The notes under the pieces were generated by a model. That model was not told the origin of the DNA and did not search any database. It saw only the letters and a list, made by a program, of their open reading frames with translations. A program made the translations under genes and the position numbers. A stretch of 64,000 bases of DNA from Burkholderiales bacterium (GTDB lineage Bacteria; Pseudomonadota; Gammaproteobacteria; Burkholderiales; SG8-41): the NCBI GenBank assembly GCA_046313915.1, contig JBKBXX010000002.1, forward strand, positions 14,449-78,448. Direction: 5' to 3'. This document shows, piece after piece, positions 52,966-61,951 of the stretch; position 1 is the stretch's first letter; each line of letters begins with the position of its first letter.

Positions 52966-53729
52966 GCCTGCATTGCGAAGTCGCGGGCAGCGGCCCCGAT
53001 CTGGTGCTGTTGCACGGCTGGGGCATGAATGCCGGCATCTGGAGCGGCGTGGTGCGCGAACTAGCGCCGCATTTTCGCGTGCACGCGGTGGATCTGCCGG
53101 GATACGGCGCGAGCGCGGCGTGCGAGCCCTATACGCTTGAACACCTGGCGCAACGGCTGGCGCAGCGGCTGCCGTCCCCTTGCTTGGTGTGCGGCTGGTC
53201 GCTGGGCGGGCAGCTCGCGCTGACGTGGGCGGGCGCGCGGCCGCAGCAGGTGAGGCGGCTGGCCTTGATCGCAACCACGCCGTGTTTTGTCCGGCGCGAC
53301 GGCTGGACGCACGCGGTGGAGGCAGGCGTGCTGCGGGCTTTTGCGCAGGCCCTGACAACGGACTACGCCGGCACCCTCCGGCGCTTTGTGGCCTTGCAGG
53401 CGCAAGGCGACGACCGCGCGAGGCAAGTGATCGCGCAATTGCGGCAGACCCTGTTTGCGCGCGGCGAACCCGCTTCCCGCGTACTGACACAGGGGCTGGA
53501 CATATTGCTCGGCACCGATCTGCGCGCGCAGCTTGCGGCGATCGCGCAACCGGCGCTGGTGCTGCACGGCGAGTGCGACGCCCTGGTGCCGTCCGCCGCC
53601 GGCGCCCATCTGGGCCGCATGCTGCCGCGGGCGCGATTCGTCGGGATGCCGGGCGCCGCCCATGCGCCGTTCGCCTCCGATCCGATGGCCACGAGCGCGC
53701 TGCTGAAAAGGTTTTTCGATGAACGATGA
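52962..53729 (+). CDS. bioH: Pimeloyl-[acyl-carrier protein] methyl ester esterase
   Basis: LVLLHGWGMNAGIW...VCGWSLGG (nucleophile elbow)...GAAHAPF. It lies between bioF and bioC. Confidence 0.87.
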   Translation: MSLHCEVAGSGPDLVLLHGWGMNAGIWSGVVRELAPHFRVHAVDLPGYGASAACEPYTLEHLAQRLAQRLPSPCLVCGWSLGGQLALTWAGARPQQVRRLALIATTPCFVRRDGWTHAVEAGVLRAFAQALTTDYAGTLRRFVALQAQGDDRARQVIAQLRQTLFARGEPASRVLTQGLDILLGTDLRAQLAAIAQPALVLHGECDALVPSAAGAHLGRMLPRARFVGMPGAAHAPFASDPMATSALLKRFFDER

Positions 53730-54588
53730 GCTCCTGATCGACAAGCGGCTCGCGCGGCGCTCGTTCGAGCACGCTGCGGCATCGTACGATGCGGCGGCGG
53801 TATTGCAGAACGAAGTGTGCCGGCGCGCGCTCGAACGCCTCGATTACATCAGGCACGAGCCGCGCAGCATACTCGATGCCGGCAGCGGCACCGGCAACGC
53901 GCTCGCGGCGCTGGCGCGGCGTTACCCGGGGGCGCGGCTGATCGCGCTCGACATCGCGCTCGCCATGTTGCAACGTGCACGCGGCCGCATGCCGTGGTGG
54001 AAGAAGCTGCTGTTGCGCCGTGCGCCGGCTGCGGTATGCGCGGACATCGAGCGCCTGCCGCTCGCCGATGCCGCGGTCGACATGGTGTGGTCGAATCTCG
54101 CGCTGCAATGGGTAAACGACGTGGAACGGACGTTCGCGGAAATGCAACGCGTGCTCGCGCCCGGCGGGCTGCTGATGTTCAGCACTTTCGGTCCGGATAC
54201 GCTCAAGGAATTGCGTGCTGCCTATCGGGGCGCCGATCGCCATACCCACGTCAACCGCTTCATCGACATGCACGACATCGGCGACATGCTGGTGCGCGCC
54301 GGCTTCGCCGACCCGGTGATGGACATGGAGATTTTCACCCTCACCTATGCCGAGGTGCGCGACCTGATGCGCGACCTGAAGGCGATAGGCGCGCACAACG
54401 TGACGCGCGGCCGGCCGGCAGGGCTTTCCGGCAAGGCGCAGCTCATGGCGGTGACCCGCAGCTACGAAACGTTGCGGCGCGACGGCAGATTGCCGGCGAC
54501 GTTCGAAGTGGTGTATGGCCACGCGTGGAAGCCGCGCCCGCGCCCGACCGGCCGGCCTGTAATCGAGATCAAGGAAGTCCGGCTTTGA
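53719..54588 (+). CDS. bioC: Malonyl-[acyl-carrier protein] O-methyltransferase
   Basis: RSFEHAAASYDAAAVLQ...ILDAGSGTGNA...DMVWSNLALQW...GGLLMFSTFG. Confidence 0.9.
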   Translation: MNDELLIDKRLARRSFEHAAASYDAAAVLQNEVCRRALERLDYIRHEPRSILDAGSGTGNALAALARRYPGARLIALDIALAMLQRARGRMPWWKKLLLRRAPAAVCADIERLPLADAAVDMVWSNLALQWVNDVERTFAEMQRVLAPGGLLMFSTFGPDTLKELRAAYRGADRHTHVNRFIDMHDIGDMLVRAGFADPVMDMEIFTLTYAEVRDLMRDLKAIGAHNVTRGRPAGLSGKAQLMAVTRSYETLRRDGRLPATFEVVYGHAWKPRPRPTGRPVIEIKEVRL

Positions 54589-55298
54589 CCTTTCATCCTT
54601 CGCCCTTTGCTCCTCACGGTTTCTTCGTCACCGGCACCGATACCGGCGTGGGCAAGACGCTGATGGCGTGCGCGCTGCTGCACGCATTTGCGGCGCGCGG
54701 CGCGCGCGTCGTCGGCATGAAGCCGGTCGCCGCCGGCGCGCGGCGCACGGCGCGCGGCCTGCGCAACGACGATGTCGACCGGCTGGTCGCGGCGGGCAAT
54801 GTCACGGCGCCGCTCGCCTGGATCAATCCGTATTGTTTCGAGCCGCCGGTCGCGCCGCATATCGCGGCGTGCGCCGCCGGTGTTGCAATCGAGTTGCCCC
54901 GCATCGCGAACGCCTGCCGCGAGCTCGCCGCGATCGCCGACACCGTGATCGTCGAAGGCGCGGGAGGTTTTTGCGTTCCGCTCAATGCGCGCGAAACCAC
55001 CGCGGATCTCGCGCAAAGCCTCGGTTTGCCGCTGCTGCTGGTGGTGGGCATGCGGCTGGGTTGCCTCAACCATGCGCTGCTCACCGCGCAGGCGGCGCGC
55101 GCCCGCGGTCTCGTGCTCGCGGGGTGGGTCGCCAACCAGATCGAGCCGGGAATGCCGTATCTGGACGAAAACATCGCCGCGCTCGAAGAACGCCTCGTCG
55201 CGCCGTGCCTGGCGCACGTCGGCTTTGCGCCAGCGGCCGATGCGCGGCAGGTGGCACGCCTGCTCGATCTCGGGGCGTTGCAGGGCGGCGGGCGGTGA
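54585..55298 (+). CDS. bioD: Dethiobiotin synthase
   Basis: GFFVTGTDTGVGKTLMACALL...KPVAAG...VIVEGAGGF. The TTG start overlaps the bioC stop (TTGA). The upstream part of the 53817 track ORF overlaps bioC in another frame. Confidence 0.88.
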   Translation: MTFHPSPFAPHGFFVTGTDTGVGKTLMACALLHAFAARGARVVGMKPVAAGARRTARGLRNDDVDRLVAAGNVTAPLAWINPYCFEPPVAPHIAACAAGVAIELPRIANACRELAAIADTVIVEGAGGFCVPLNARETTADLAQSLGLPLLLVVGMRLGCLNHALLTAQAARARGLVLAGWVANQIEPGMPYLDENIAALEERLVAPCLAHVGFAPAADARQVARLLDLGALQGGGR

Positions 55299-55523
55299 GG
55301 CGCGGGCGCGCTGCCCGCTTTTCCGGTTGCGATGCTGCCAGGTTTGGTTGCCACGGCCCGGGGGGTGTGTTAAATTCCGCCCGTTTCGGCAGATACCAGC
55401 GCGCGGCCCACGACGCGTCCCCGATGCGGACGTCGCTGCCCAGGGAAGCAGCAAGGTTTGCGCTCATCGTCCGACGCCACGGCGCCGGCGATCGCTGGGT
55501 CTTGGGGGGCTTGGCGGTGGCGG

Positions 55524-55614
55524 GCGGTTTTCCGGTTTTGTCTCCTCGTCGATCGTGCTAGGTGTCGCGGTTTTCCGGCCAACGGCTGGAAAACCATAAC
55601 CGGCTGTTGGCCGG
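55524..55614 (+). other. Mutually exclusive hairpins / 12-nt direct repeat in the 405-bp leader upstream of coxB
   Basis: GCGGTTTTCCGG at 55524 and 55567. GGTTTTCC (55569-76) pairs with GGAAAACC (55588-95). Alternative stem: CCGGCCAACGGC (55575-86) with GCTGTTGGCCGG (55603-14). Confidence 0.4.
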
Positions 55615-55703
55615 GCGGTTGTGGCGGCAAAGAGCCGGCGCGCGAGCTGCGACTCGGGTTTGAAGGCGGCCGCAGATGATTTGGCGGATTCATTGGGGGA
55701 AGA

Positions 55704-56852
55704 ATGAGTAACAAGCTGGCAAAACACCTCACGGGATGGCTGGGGTTCCTGTTGTTGTTCCCGGTCACGGCGTTCGGCGATTATCAGTTCAATCTGCAGA
55801 CGCCCCAAACGGCTCTCGCCCAGAAGATCTACGATCTGCACACCATCGTTCTGGTGGTGTGCATCGTGATCTTCGTCGGGGTTTTCGGGGCGATGTTCTA
55901 CTCGATCATCAAGCACCGCAAGTCAGTGGGGCACAAAGCCGCCCAGTTCCACGAGAATACGGTGGTGGAAGTGGTGTGGACGCTGGTGCCTTTCGTGATC
56001 CTGATCGCGATCGTCGTGCCTGCGACCAAAACGCTGGTGGAAATGCGCGACACCTCCGAGCCCGACCTGACCGTCAAGGCGACCGGCTATCAGTGGAAAT
56101 GGAGCTACGACTATCTGAAAGGTGAAGGCGAAGGAATCAGCTTCTACAGTGCCCTTGCCACGCCGCGCGATCAGATCGACGGCAGCAATGTCGAGGCGCG
56201 CAGCAAAAACGCCAACTACCTGCTCGAAGTCGACAATCCGCTCGTGGTTCCCGTCGGCAAGAAAGTGCGTATTCTCACCACGGCGCAGGACGTGATTCAC
56301 GCCTGGTGGGTACCGGCGCTGGCGGTGAAGCAGGATGCGATACCCGGCTTCATTCGCGATGCCTGGTTCAAGGCCGAGAAGCCCGGCACCTATCGCGGCC
56401 AATGCGCGGAATTGTGCGGCAAGGACCACGGCTTCATGCCGATCGTGGTCGAGGCGCTGGAGCCGGAGAAGTACGCGGCGTGGGCAAAAGCGCAGAAGGA
56501 GAAGATGGCGAAAGCCGCCGCTGCCGACGACCCCGCCAAGAGCTGGTCGCTCGACGATCTCAAGGCGCGCGGCGCCCGGGTCTACGCCGCCAACTGCGTG
56601 GCCTGCCATCAGGCGAGCGGCATGGGCGTGCCGGGTGCCTTCCCCGCCCTGTCGGGATCCAAGGTGGTCAACGGGCCGAAGAACGACCAGATCGCGCTGG
56701 TGTTGAACGGCAAGCCGGGCACCGCGATGGCCGCGTTCAAACACCTGTCGGACGTCGAGCTGGCGGCGGTCGTCACCTATACCCGCAACAGCTGGAACAA
56801 CAAGACCGGCGAGGCGATTGCCCCGAGCGAAGTCAAGGCGTTACGCAAATAA
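55704..56852 (+). CDS. coxB: Cytochrome c oxidase subunit II with C-terminal cytochrome c domain
   Basis: CuA site HAWWVPALAVKQDAIPGFIRDAWFKAEKPGTYRGQCAELCGKDHGFM and heme c motif CVACHQ. Confidence 0.95.
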   Translation: MSNKLAKHLTGWLGFLLLFPVTAFGDYQFNLQTPQTALAQKIYDLHTIVLVVCIVIFVGVFGAMFYSIIKHRKSVGHKAAQFHENTVVEVVWTLVPFVILIAIVVPATKTLVEMRDTSEPDLTVKATGYQWKWSYDYLKGEGEGISFYSALATPRDQIDGSNVEARSKNANYLLEVDNPLVVPVGKKVRILTTAQDVIHAWWVPALAVKQDAIPGFIRDAWFKAEKPGTYRGQCAELCGKDHGFMPIVVEALEPEKYAAWAKAQKEKMAKAAAADDPAKSWSLDDLKARGARVYAANCVACHQASGMGVPGAFPALSGSKVVNGPKNDQIALVLNGKPGTAMAAFKHLSDVELAAVVTYTRNSWNNKTGEAIAPSEVKALRK

Positions 56853-56874
56853 CACCAGGATTCAGGAGAGCACC

Positions 56875-58461
56875 ATGGATGCAGCACACGCACACGAACA
56901 CGCTCATGGCGGCCACGCCTCTCATCCCTCCGGGATCATGCGCTGGGTCACATCGACCAACCACAAGGACATCGGCACGATGTATCTGTGGTTCAGCTTC
57001 ACCATGTTCCTCGTCGGCGGGGTGATGGCGCTCATCATCCGCACCGAGTTGTTCCAGCCCGGCCTGCAGATCGTCAATCCCGACTTTTTCAACTCGATGA
57101 CGACCTATCACGGCCTCATCATGGTGTTCGGCGCGATCATGCCGGCTTTCGTCGGCTTCGCCAACTGGCTGATTCCGATGCAGATCGGGGCGCCCGACAT
57201 GGCGTTTCCGCGGATGAACAATCTGTCGTTCTGGCTGCTGCCGCCAGCCGCGCTGCTGCTGATCGCCGCCCAGTTCATGCCCGGCGGCGGCGCCGGCGTC
57301 GGCTGGACCATGTACGCGCCGCTCACGGTGCAGGCCGGCCCGGCGATGGACCTCACCATTTTTGCCGTGCACATTCTCGGCATGTCCTCGATCATGGGGT
57401 CGATCAACATCGTGACCACCGTCCTCAACATGCGCGCGCCGGGCATGACGCTGATGAAAATGCCGCTGTTCTGCTGGACCTGGCTGATCACCGCCTATCT
57501 GCTGATCGCGGTGATGCCGGTGCTGGCGGGAGCGGTGACCATGATTCTCACCGACCGCCATTTCGGAACCCACTTTTTCAACGCCGCGGGCGGTGGCGAT
57601 CCGGTGCTGTACCAGCACATTTTCTGGTTCTTCGGCCACCCCGAGGTCTATATCATCGCGATTCCCGCTTTCGGCGTGATTTCGCAGGTCATCCCCGCGT
57701 TCTCGCGCAAGCCGTTGTTCGGCTATACCTCAATGGTGTATGCGACGGCGTCGATCGCGATCCTGTCGTTCCTGGTGTGGGCGCACCACATGTACACCGC
57801 GGGCATGCCGGTCGAGGCACAGCTCTACTTCATGTATGCGACCACGCTGATCGCGGTGCCGACCGGAGTCAAGGTGTTCAACTGGGTGGCGACGATGTGG
57901 AAAGGTTCGCTCACCTTCGAGACGCCGATGCTGTTCGCGCTCGGCTTCCTGTTCCTGTTTACTGTGGGCGGTTTTACTGGCCTCGTGCTGTCGATCACGC
58001 CGGTCGACGTGCAGCTTCACGACACTTATTACGTCGTGGCCCATTTCCATTACGTGATGGTGGCCGGCGCGTTGTTCTCGGCATTCGCCGGCATCTATTT
58101 CTGGCTGCCGAAGTGGACCGGTCGCATGTACGACGAGACGCTCGGCAAGTGGCATTTCTGGCTGTCGCTCATATTCTTCAACGTGACTTTCTTCGTACAG
58201 CACTTCCTGGGCCTGGCGGGCATGCCGCGCCGCATTCCGGACTACGCGCTGCAGTTTGCCGAGTTCAACGCCATTTCCTCGATCGGCGCGTGGGGTTTCG
58301 GACTCGCGCAGCTGCTGTTTCTCTATATCGTGGTAAAGACGATCACCAGCGGAGAAAAGGCGCAGGACAAGCAATGGGAAGGCGCCGACAGCCTCGAGTG
58401 GACGGCGCTGCCTTCGCCCGCGCCTTACCACAGCTTCGAGACACCGCCAGTGATCAAATGA
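56875..58461 (+). CDS. ctaD: Cytochrome c oxidase subunit I
   Basis: WVTSTNHKDIGTMYLWF...HHMYT...YVVAHFHYVM. AGGAGAG RBS before ATG 56875. Confidence 0.97.
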   Translation: MDAAHAHEHAHGGHASHPSGIMRWVTSTNHKDIGTMYLWFSFTMFLVGGVMALIIRTELFQPGLQIVNPDFFNSMTTYHGLIMVFGAIMPAFVGFANWLIPMQIGAPDMAFPRMNNLSFWLLPPAALLLIAAQFMPGGGAGVGWTMYAPLTVQAGPAMDLTIFAVHILGMSSIMGSINIVTTVLNMRAPGMTLMKMPLFCWTWLITAYLLIAVMPVLAGAVTMILTDRHFGTHFFNAAGGGDPVLYQHIFWFFGHPEVYIIAIPAFGVISQVIPAFSRKPLFGYTSMVYATASIAILSFLVWAHHMYTAGMPVEAQLYFMYATTLIAVPTGVKVFNWVATMWKGSLTFETPMLFALGFLFLFTVGGFTGLVLSITPVDVQLHDTYYVVAHFHYVMVAGALFSAFAGIYFWLPKWTGRMYDETLGKWHFWLSLIFFNVTFFVQHFLGLAGMPRRIPDYALQFAEFNAISSIGAWGFGLAQLLFLYIVVKTITSGEKAQDKQWEGADSLEWTALPSPAPYHSFETPPVIK

Positions 58462-58577
58462 ATGCCGCAGACGAGCGCCGCATCAGGCGCAACAATCGCT
58501 GGACGGCGCTCGTGCTGTGGCTGGTCGTGGCGGCGTTTTTTTCCGCTGTGATGCTCAAGTATTACTGGCTGCGATGA
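58458..58577 (+). CDS. Small (39 aa) single-TM protein, cytochrome oxidase small assembly protein-like
   Basis: MNAADERRIRRNNRWTALVLWLVVAAFFSAVMLKYYWLR. The ATG overlaps the ctaD stop and its own stop overlaps the ctaG ATG (ATGA at both ends). Confidence 0.6.
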   Translation: MNAADERRIRRNNRWTALVLWLVVAAFFSAVMLKYYWLR

Positions 58578-59125
58578 ACCTGCAGCAAGCGAATCGCCAG
58601 ATGCTGGTCAAACTCGCCGTGCTCGCGCTGGCGATGTTCGGCTTCGGCTTCGCGCTGGTGCCTTTTTACCAGAAAATATGCGAAGTCGCCGGCATCAACA
58701 ACCTGGTGAAGCCCGCGGCCGTGGTCAAGAACACCCAGATCGATTCCGGCCGCTGGATCACTGTCGAATTCGATGCCAATACGCACGGCATGCCGTGGGA
58801 ATTTTTCCCTCTCCAGCGCAGCGTGCGCGTGCATCCCGGCGAAATGATCGAGGTCGCGTACAGCGTGCGCAATACCGGCAGTTCATCCGTGGTGGGCCAG
58901 GCGATTCCCAGCTACGGCCCCAAAGCCGCCGCCGAGCACGTCAGGAAACTCGAGTGTTTCTGTTTCACCCAGCAGGCGCTGGCGCCTGGCGAATCCCGAC
59001 AGATGCCGGTGCAGCTGGTGATCGATCCGGCGTTGCCGCAGGACGTGAATACGGTCACGCTCTCCTACACCTTTTTCGAGGTGCAGGGTGGCGACGTGCG
59101 GGCGGGGAAAGGCAAGGCGGGTTGA
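58574..59125 (+). CDS. ctaG: Cytochrome c oxidase assembly protein CtaG/Cox11
   Basis: FGFALVPFYQKICEVAG...VEFDANTHGMPWEFFP...QAIPSYGPKAAAEHVRKLECFCFTQQ. Confidence 0.93.
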   Translation: MNLQQANRQMLVKLAVLALAMFGFGFALVPFYQKICEVAGINNLVKPAAVVKNTQIDSGRWITVEFDANTHGMPWEFFPLQRSVRVHPGEMIEVAYSVRNTGSSSVVGQAIPSYGPKAAAEHVRKLECFCFTQQALAPGESRQMPVQLVIDPALPQDVNTVTLSYTFFEVQGGDVRAGKGKAG

Positions 59126-59131
59126 GCCTGG

Positions 59132-59326
59132 ATGGATGACGAGCACAAAAAGGCGTCGCCGTGGCAGGCCCTGCGCATGGTGCTGGCAGCCTTTTTCGGT
59201 GTGCGCAGGAAAGCTGGGCACGAACAGCTCAGGGTCACGCCGTTGCAGGTGGTTGTCATCGCCGTCATCGCGGCGGCGATGTTTGTCCTGGGCGTGATAA
59301 TGGTGGTGCGGCTGGTGACCCGCTGA
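59132..59326 (+). CDS. DUF2970-like small membrane protein
   Basis: SPWQALRMVLAAFFGVRRKAGHE...VVVIAVIAAAMFVLGVIMVV. The position between ctaG and ctaE is typical of betaproteobacterial cox clusters. Confidence 0.72.
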   Translation: MDDEHKKASPWQALRMVLAAFFGVRRKAGHEQLRVTPLQVVVIAVIAAAMFVLGVIMVVRLVTR

Positions 59327-59354
59327 GGAAGTCGATTCGAAATGAGGAGAGTGC

Positions 59355-60206
59355 ATGATGCAGCATAGCGAACGTTACTATTTGCCGGCCCCTTCGCACT
59401 GGCCCATCGTGGCCTCGGTTGCGATGGGCCTTATCGGCTTCGGCGCGGCTTTCACCGTGAACCACATGAGCCTGGGCTACTTCTTGCTGGGGATCGGTTT
59501 TCTGGTGCTTTTTTACATGTTTGCGGGCTGGTTCGGCACGGTGGCCCACGAGTCCGAGGGCGGGCAATACAACAAACAGGTCGACACCTCGTTCCGCTGG
59601 GCCATGGGCTGGTTCATTTTTTCCGAGGTGATGTTCTTTGCCGCCTTCTTCGGCGTGCTTTTCTACATGCGCGTCATTTCCGTTCCCGATCTGGGCAGCC
59701 TCGAGCATCAGCAATTGCTGTGGCCCGGTTTCAAAGCGGGCTGGCCAGTAGCCGGCCCGGGCATCAAGGAAACCTTTTCGCCGATGGGCGCGTGGGGCAT
59801 ACCCGCACTCAATACCGCGATCCTCCTCACTTCCGGCGCCACGATCACGTGGGCGCACTGGGGGCTGCTGAAAAACAACCGCCAGCAGCTGATCTGGGGG
59901 CTGGTGATGACGATCGCGCTGGGCATGACCTTCCTCGGCTTCCAGATCTACGAGTATGCGCACGCCTATTCGGACCTCAATCTCAAGCTCACGATAGGGG
60001 CGTACGGCGCAACGTTTTTCATGCTGACCGGTTTCCACGGTTTTCATGTGACCGTGGGCACCATCATGCTGTGGGTGATCCTGTTTCGCAGCGTGGCCGG
60101 GCATTTCCGTCCCGACCACCATTTCGGTTTCGAAGGCGTGGCGTGGTACTGGCACTTCGTCGACGTGGTGTGGCTGTTGCTGTTCATTTTCGTCTACTGG
60201 CTATAA
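59355..60206 (+). CDS. ctaE: Cytochrome c oxidase subunit III
   Basis: 283 aa, 7 TM, FFMLTGFHGFHVTVGTIML...WYWHFVDVVWL. Confidence 0.95.
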   Translation: MMQHSERYYLPAPSHWPIVASVAMGLIGFGAAFTVNHMSLGYFLLGIGFLVLFYMFAGWFGTVAHESEGGQYNKQVDTSFRWAMGWFIFSEVMFFAAFFGVLFYMRVISVPDLGSLEHQQLLWPGFKAGWPVAGPGIKETFSPMGAWGIPALNTAILLTSGATITWAHWGLLKNNRQQLIWGLVMTIALGMTFLGFQIYEYAHAYSDLNLKLTIGAYGATFFMLTGFHGFHVTVGTIMLWVILFRSVAGHFRPDHHFGFEGVAWYWHFVDVVWLLLFIFVYWL

Positions 60207-60292
60207 GCCGATCAGAAGAACAAACAGGGAGAAAACAACAACAAGGCGCAACCAACGACAAAGGGGGGAGGGCCCCGTCAGTAGGGGACAGG

Positions 60293-60321
60293 ACGCCGCA
60301 CCTCGAGTGCGGCGTTTTTTT
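60293..60321 (+). terminator. Rho-independent terminator after ctaE
   Basis: ACGCCGCAC CTCGA GTGCGGCGT forms a 9-bp stem and is followed by T7 (60315-60321). Confidence 0.78.
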
Positions 60322-60331
60322 CCGGCGAACT

Positions 60332-60526
60332 TCAGAGTTTCTGGGTGATGAGGCCGAAATGAGAGCCGAGCATGAGCAGGGCGAATAGCGTAATGGACAA
60401 GGCAATGCGCACCGTCAGTGCCTTGGCGGTGCGGTCGGACGTTCCGCGGTCCCTGACGAGGTAATACAGGGCCGACCCGAGACTCGAGATGATCAGCACG
60501 ACGAACAGGATTACGATGTATTTCAT
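60332..60526 (-). CDS. Twin transmembrane helix small protein (DUF2909-like)
   Basis: MKYIVILFVVLIISSLGSALYYLVRDRG...RIALSITLFALLMLGSHFG. Start at the internal ATG 60526. Confidence 0.72.
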   Translation of the reverse strand: MKYIVILFVVLIISSLGSALYYLVRDRGTSDRTAKALTVRIALSITLFALLMLGSHFGLITQKL

Positions 60527-60567
60527 GGATGGCCCCCACCGGGCAGTGTAAGGGAAGAAGCTGCGGG

Positions 60568-61293
60568 ATGTCATTTGTTTTGTTTGGGAAATTCGAATGC
60601 CGGCTCCGGCCGTGGGCGACGGTGGCGGCTGCGGCGGGCATCGCGCTGACCGTCGCCCTTGGCAACTGGCAGCTCGGACGCGCGCAATACAAGCAACAGC
60701 AGCAGGAGCGCTACGCCGAGCTGTCGCGCGAGCCTGCCGTGAGCCTCGGGCCCCATGAGGTCAAGGCAGACGATTTGCTGTTGCGGCGGATCGAGGTGCG
60801 CGGACATTTCGAACCCCGCTACGCGGTCTATCTCGACAACCGCGTGCACAATGGCGTGGCTGGCTACCACGTCATCATGCCGTTGCGGATTGCGGGTTCG
60901 GACCGCTATGTGCTCGTCAACCGCGGCTGGATCGCGGGCACGCGTGATCGTCTGCGGCCGCCTGCGGTCGAAACGCCGCAGGGCGAACGGGTGGTGACGG
61001 GTATCGCGGTTGCGCCGAGCGGGCATTATCTCGAGCTTTCGCCGCGGGTTGCCGAAGGCAACGTCTGGCAGAACCTCGTCCTCGAGCGCTATCGCCAGGC
61101 CACGCACCTCGAGATCCAGCCGGTCGTGCTGCAGCAGGACAGCGCGCCGGAAGACGGCCTGGTGCGCGAATGGAATCCTCCCAACCTTGGCCGCAACACC
61201 CATCTCGCCTACGCCTTTCAGTGGTACAGCCTCGCTCTGGCGATTTTTGTCTATTATCTGGTGACCAGTGTCCGAAAAACCAAAATCAGCTAG
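60568..61293 (+). CDS. SURF1 family cytochrome oxidase biogenesis protein
   Basis: TVALGNWQLGRAQYK...YLDNRVHNGVAGYHVIMPL...VLVNRGWI...THLAYAFQWYSLALAIFV. Confidence 0.88.
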   Translation: MSFVLFGKFECRLRPWATVAAAAGIALTVALGNWQLGRAQYKQQQQERYAELSREPAVSLGPHEVKADDLLLRRIEVRGHFEPRYAVYLDNRVHNGVAGYHVIMPLRIAGSDRYVLVNRGWIAGTRDRLRPPAVETPQGERVVTGIAVAPSGHYLELSPRVAEGNVWQNLVLERYRQATHLEIQPVVLQQDSAPEDGLVREWNPPNLGRNTHLAYAFQWYSLALAIFVYYLVTSVRKTKIS

Positions 61294-61843
61294 CCGCTTC
61301 ACCCTGTGGGCCGTTGCAGTGGTATGCATCGCGCCATTCGTGGCGTCCTTCATGGCCTATTTTCTGTGGCCGCCGGCGGGCCGCGTCAATTACGGCGAAC
61401 TGTTGCAGCCGGTGCCGTTGCCGTCCGCCCGCCTCAGGCTGGCGGACGGCAGCCCTTTCGATTTTTCGCAGCTCGCCGGCAAGTGGATACTCGTGAGCGT
61501 CGATTCGGGGGCGTGCGACGACTATTGCCGGAAGAAGCTGTGGAAAATCCGCCAGGTGCGGCGGGCCCAGGGCAAGGACATGGAGCGCATCGAGCGCGTT
61601 TGGCTGGTGAACGACGGGCAGCAGCCCGACCGCCGCGTTCTCGAGGAATATGAAGGCACGTGGACGGTTTTTGCCGGCGGCAGCCCAGTGCTCGCCAGCC
61701 TGCCGGCCGAAGGCGCCCGCAGGGATCACGTTTACCTCGTCGATCCTCTGGGCAACGTCATGCTGCGTTTCCCGCCCGATGCCGATCCCAGCCGGATGAA
61801 AAAAGACATCGTGCGCCTGCTGAAGGTGTCACGGATCGGCTAG
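61268..61843 (+). CDS. Membrane-anchored hypothetical protein with a CxxxC motif (possible divergent Sco/thioredoxin-like oxidase assembly factor)
   Basis: TM segment (FTLWAVAVVCIAPFVASFMAYFLW), then GKWILVSVDSGACDDYCRKKL. GTG start overlapping the SURF1 end. Conserved position in the cox cluster. Confidence 0.58.
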   Translation: MSEKPKSASRFTLWAVAVVCIAPFVASFMAYFLWPPAGRVNYGELLQPVPLPSARLRLADGSPFDFSQLAGKWILVSVDSGACDDYCRKKLWKIRQVRRAQGKDMERIERVWLVNDGQQPDRRVLEEYEGTWTVFAGGSPVLASLPAEGARRDHVYLVDPLGNVMLRFPPDADPSRMKKDIVRLLKVSRIG

Positions 61844-61951
61844 CGCCCGCTGCTGCAGCCGCCGGCGGGCGAATGGTGCGCCGCCCGGGCCTGCGCTTTG
61901 TCCGCTCTGCCGGGAATGCTAGAATCCATTTTTTTTGCGGGTCCGAGGCCA

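Noticed and set aside
52723-54522. 599-aa minus-strand ORF
   Set aside because: It is antisense to bioF, bioH and bioC, all of which have clear catalytic motifs on the plus strand.
60207-60262. A/C-rich, G-poor tract (AGAAGAACAAACAGGGAGAAAACAACAACAAGG...) between the ctaE stop and its terminator
   Set aside because: No ORF or structure is evident and it is probably just 3' UTR. A rut-like or Hfq-binding role is speculative, with nothing in the sequence to support it.
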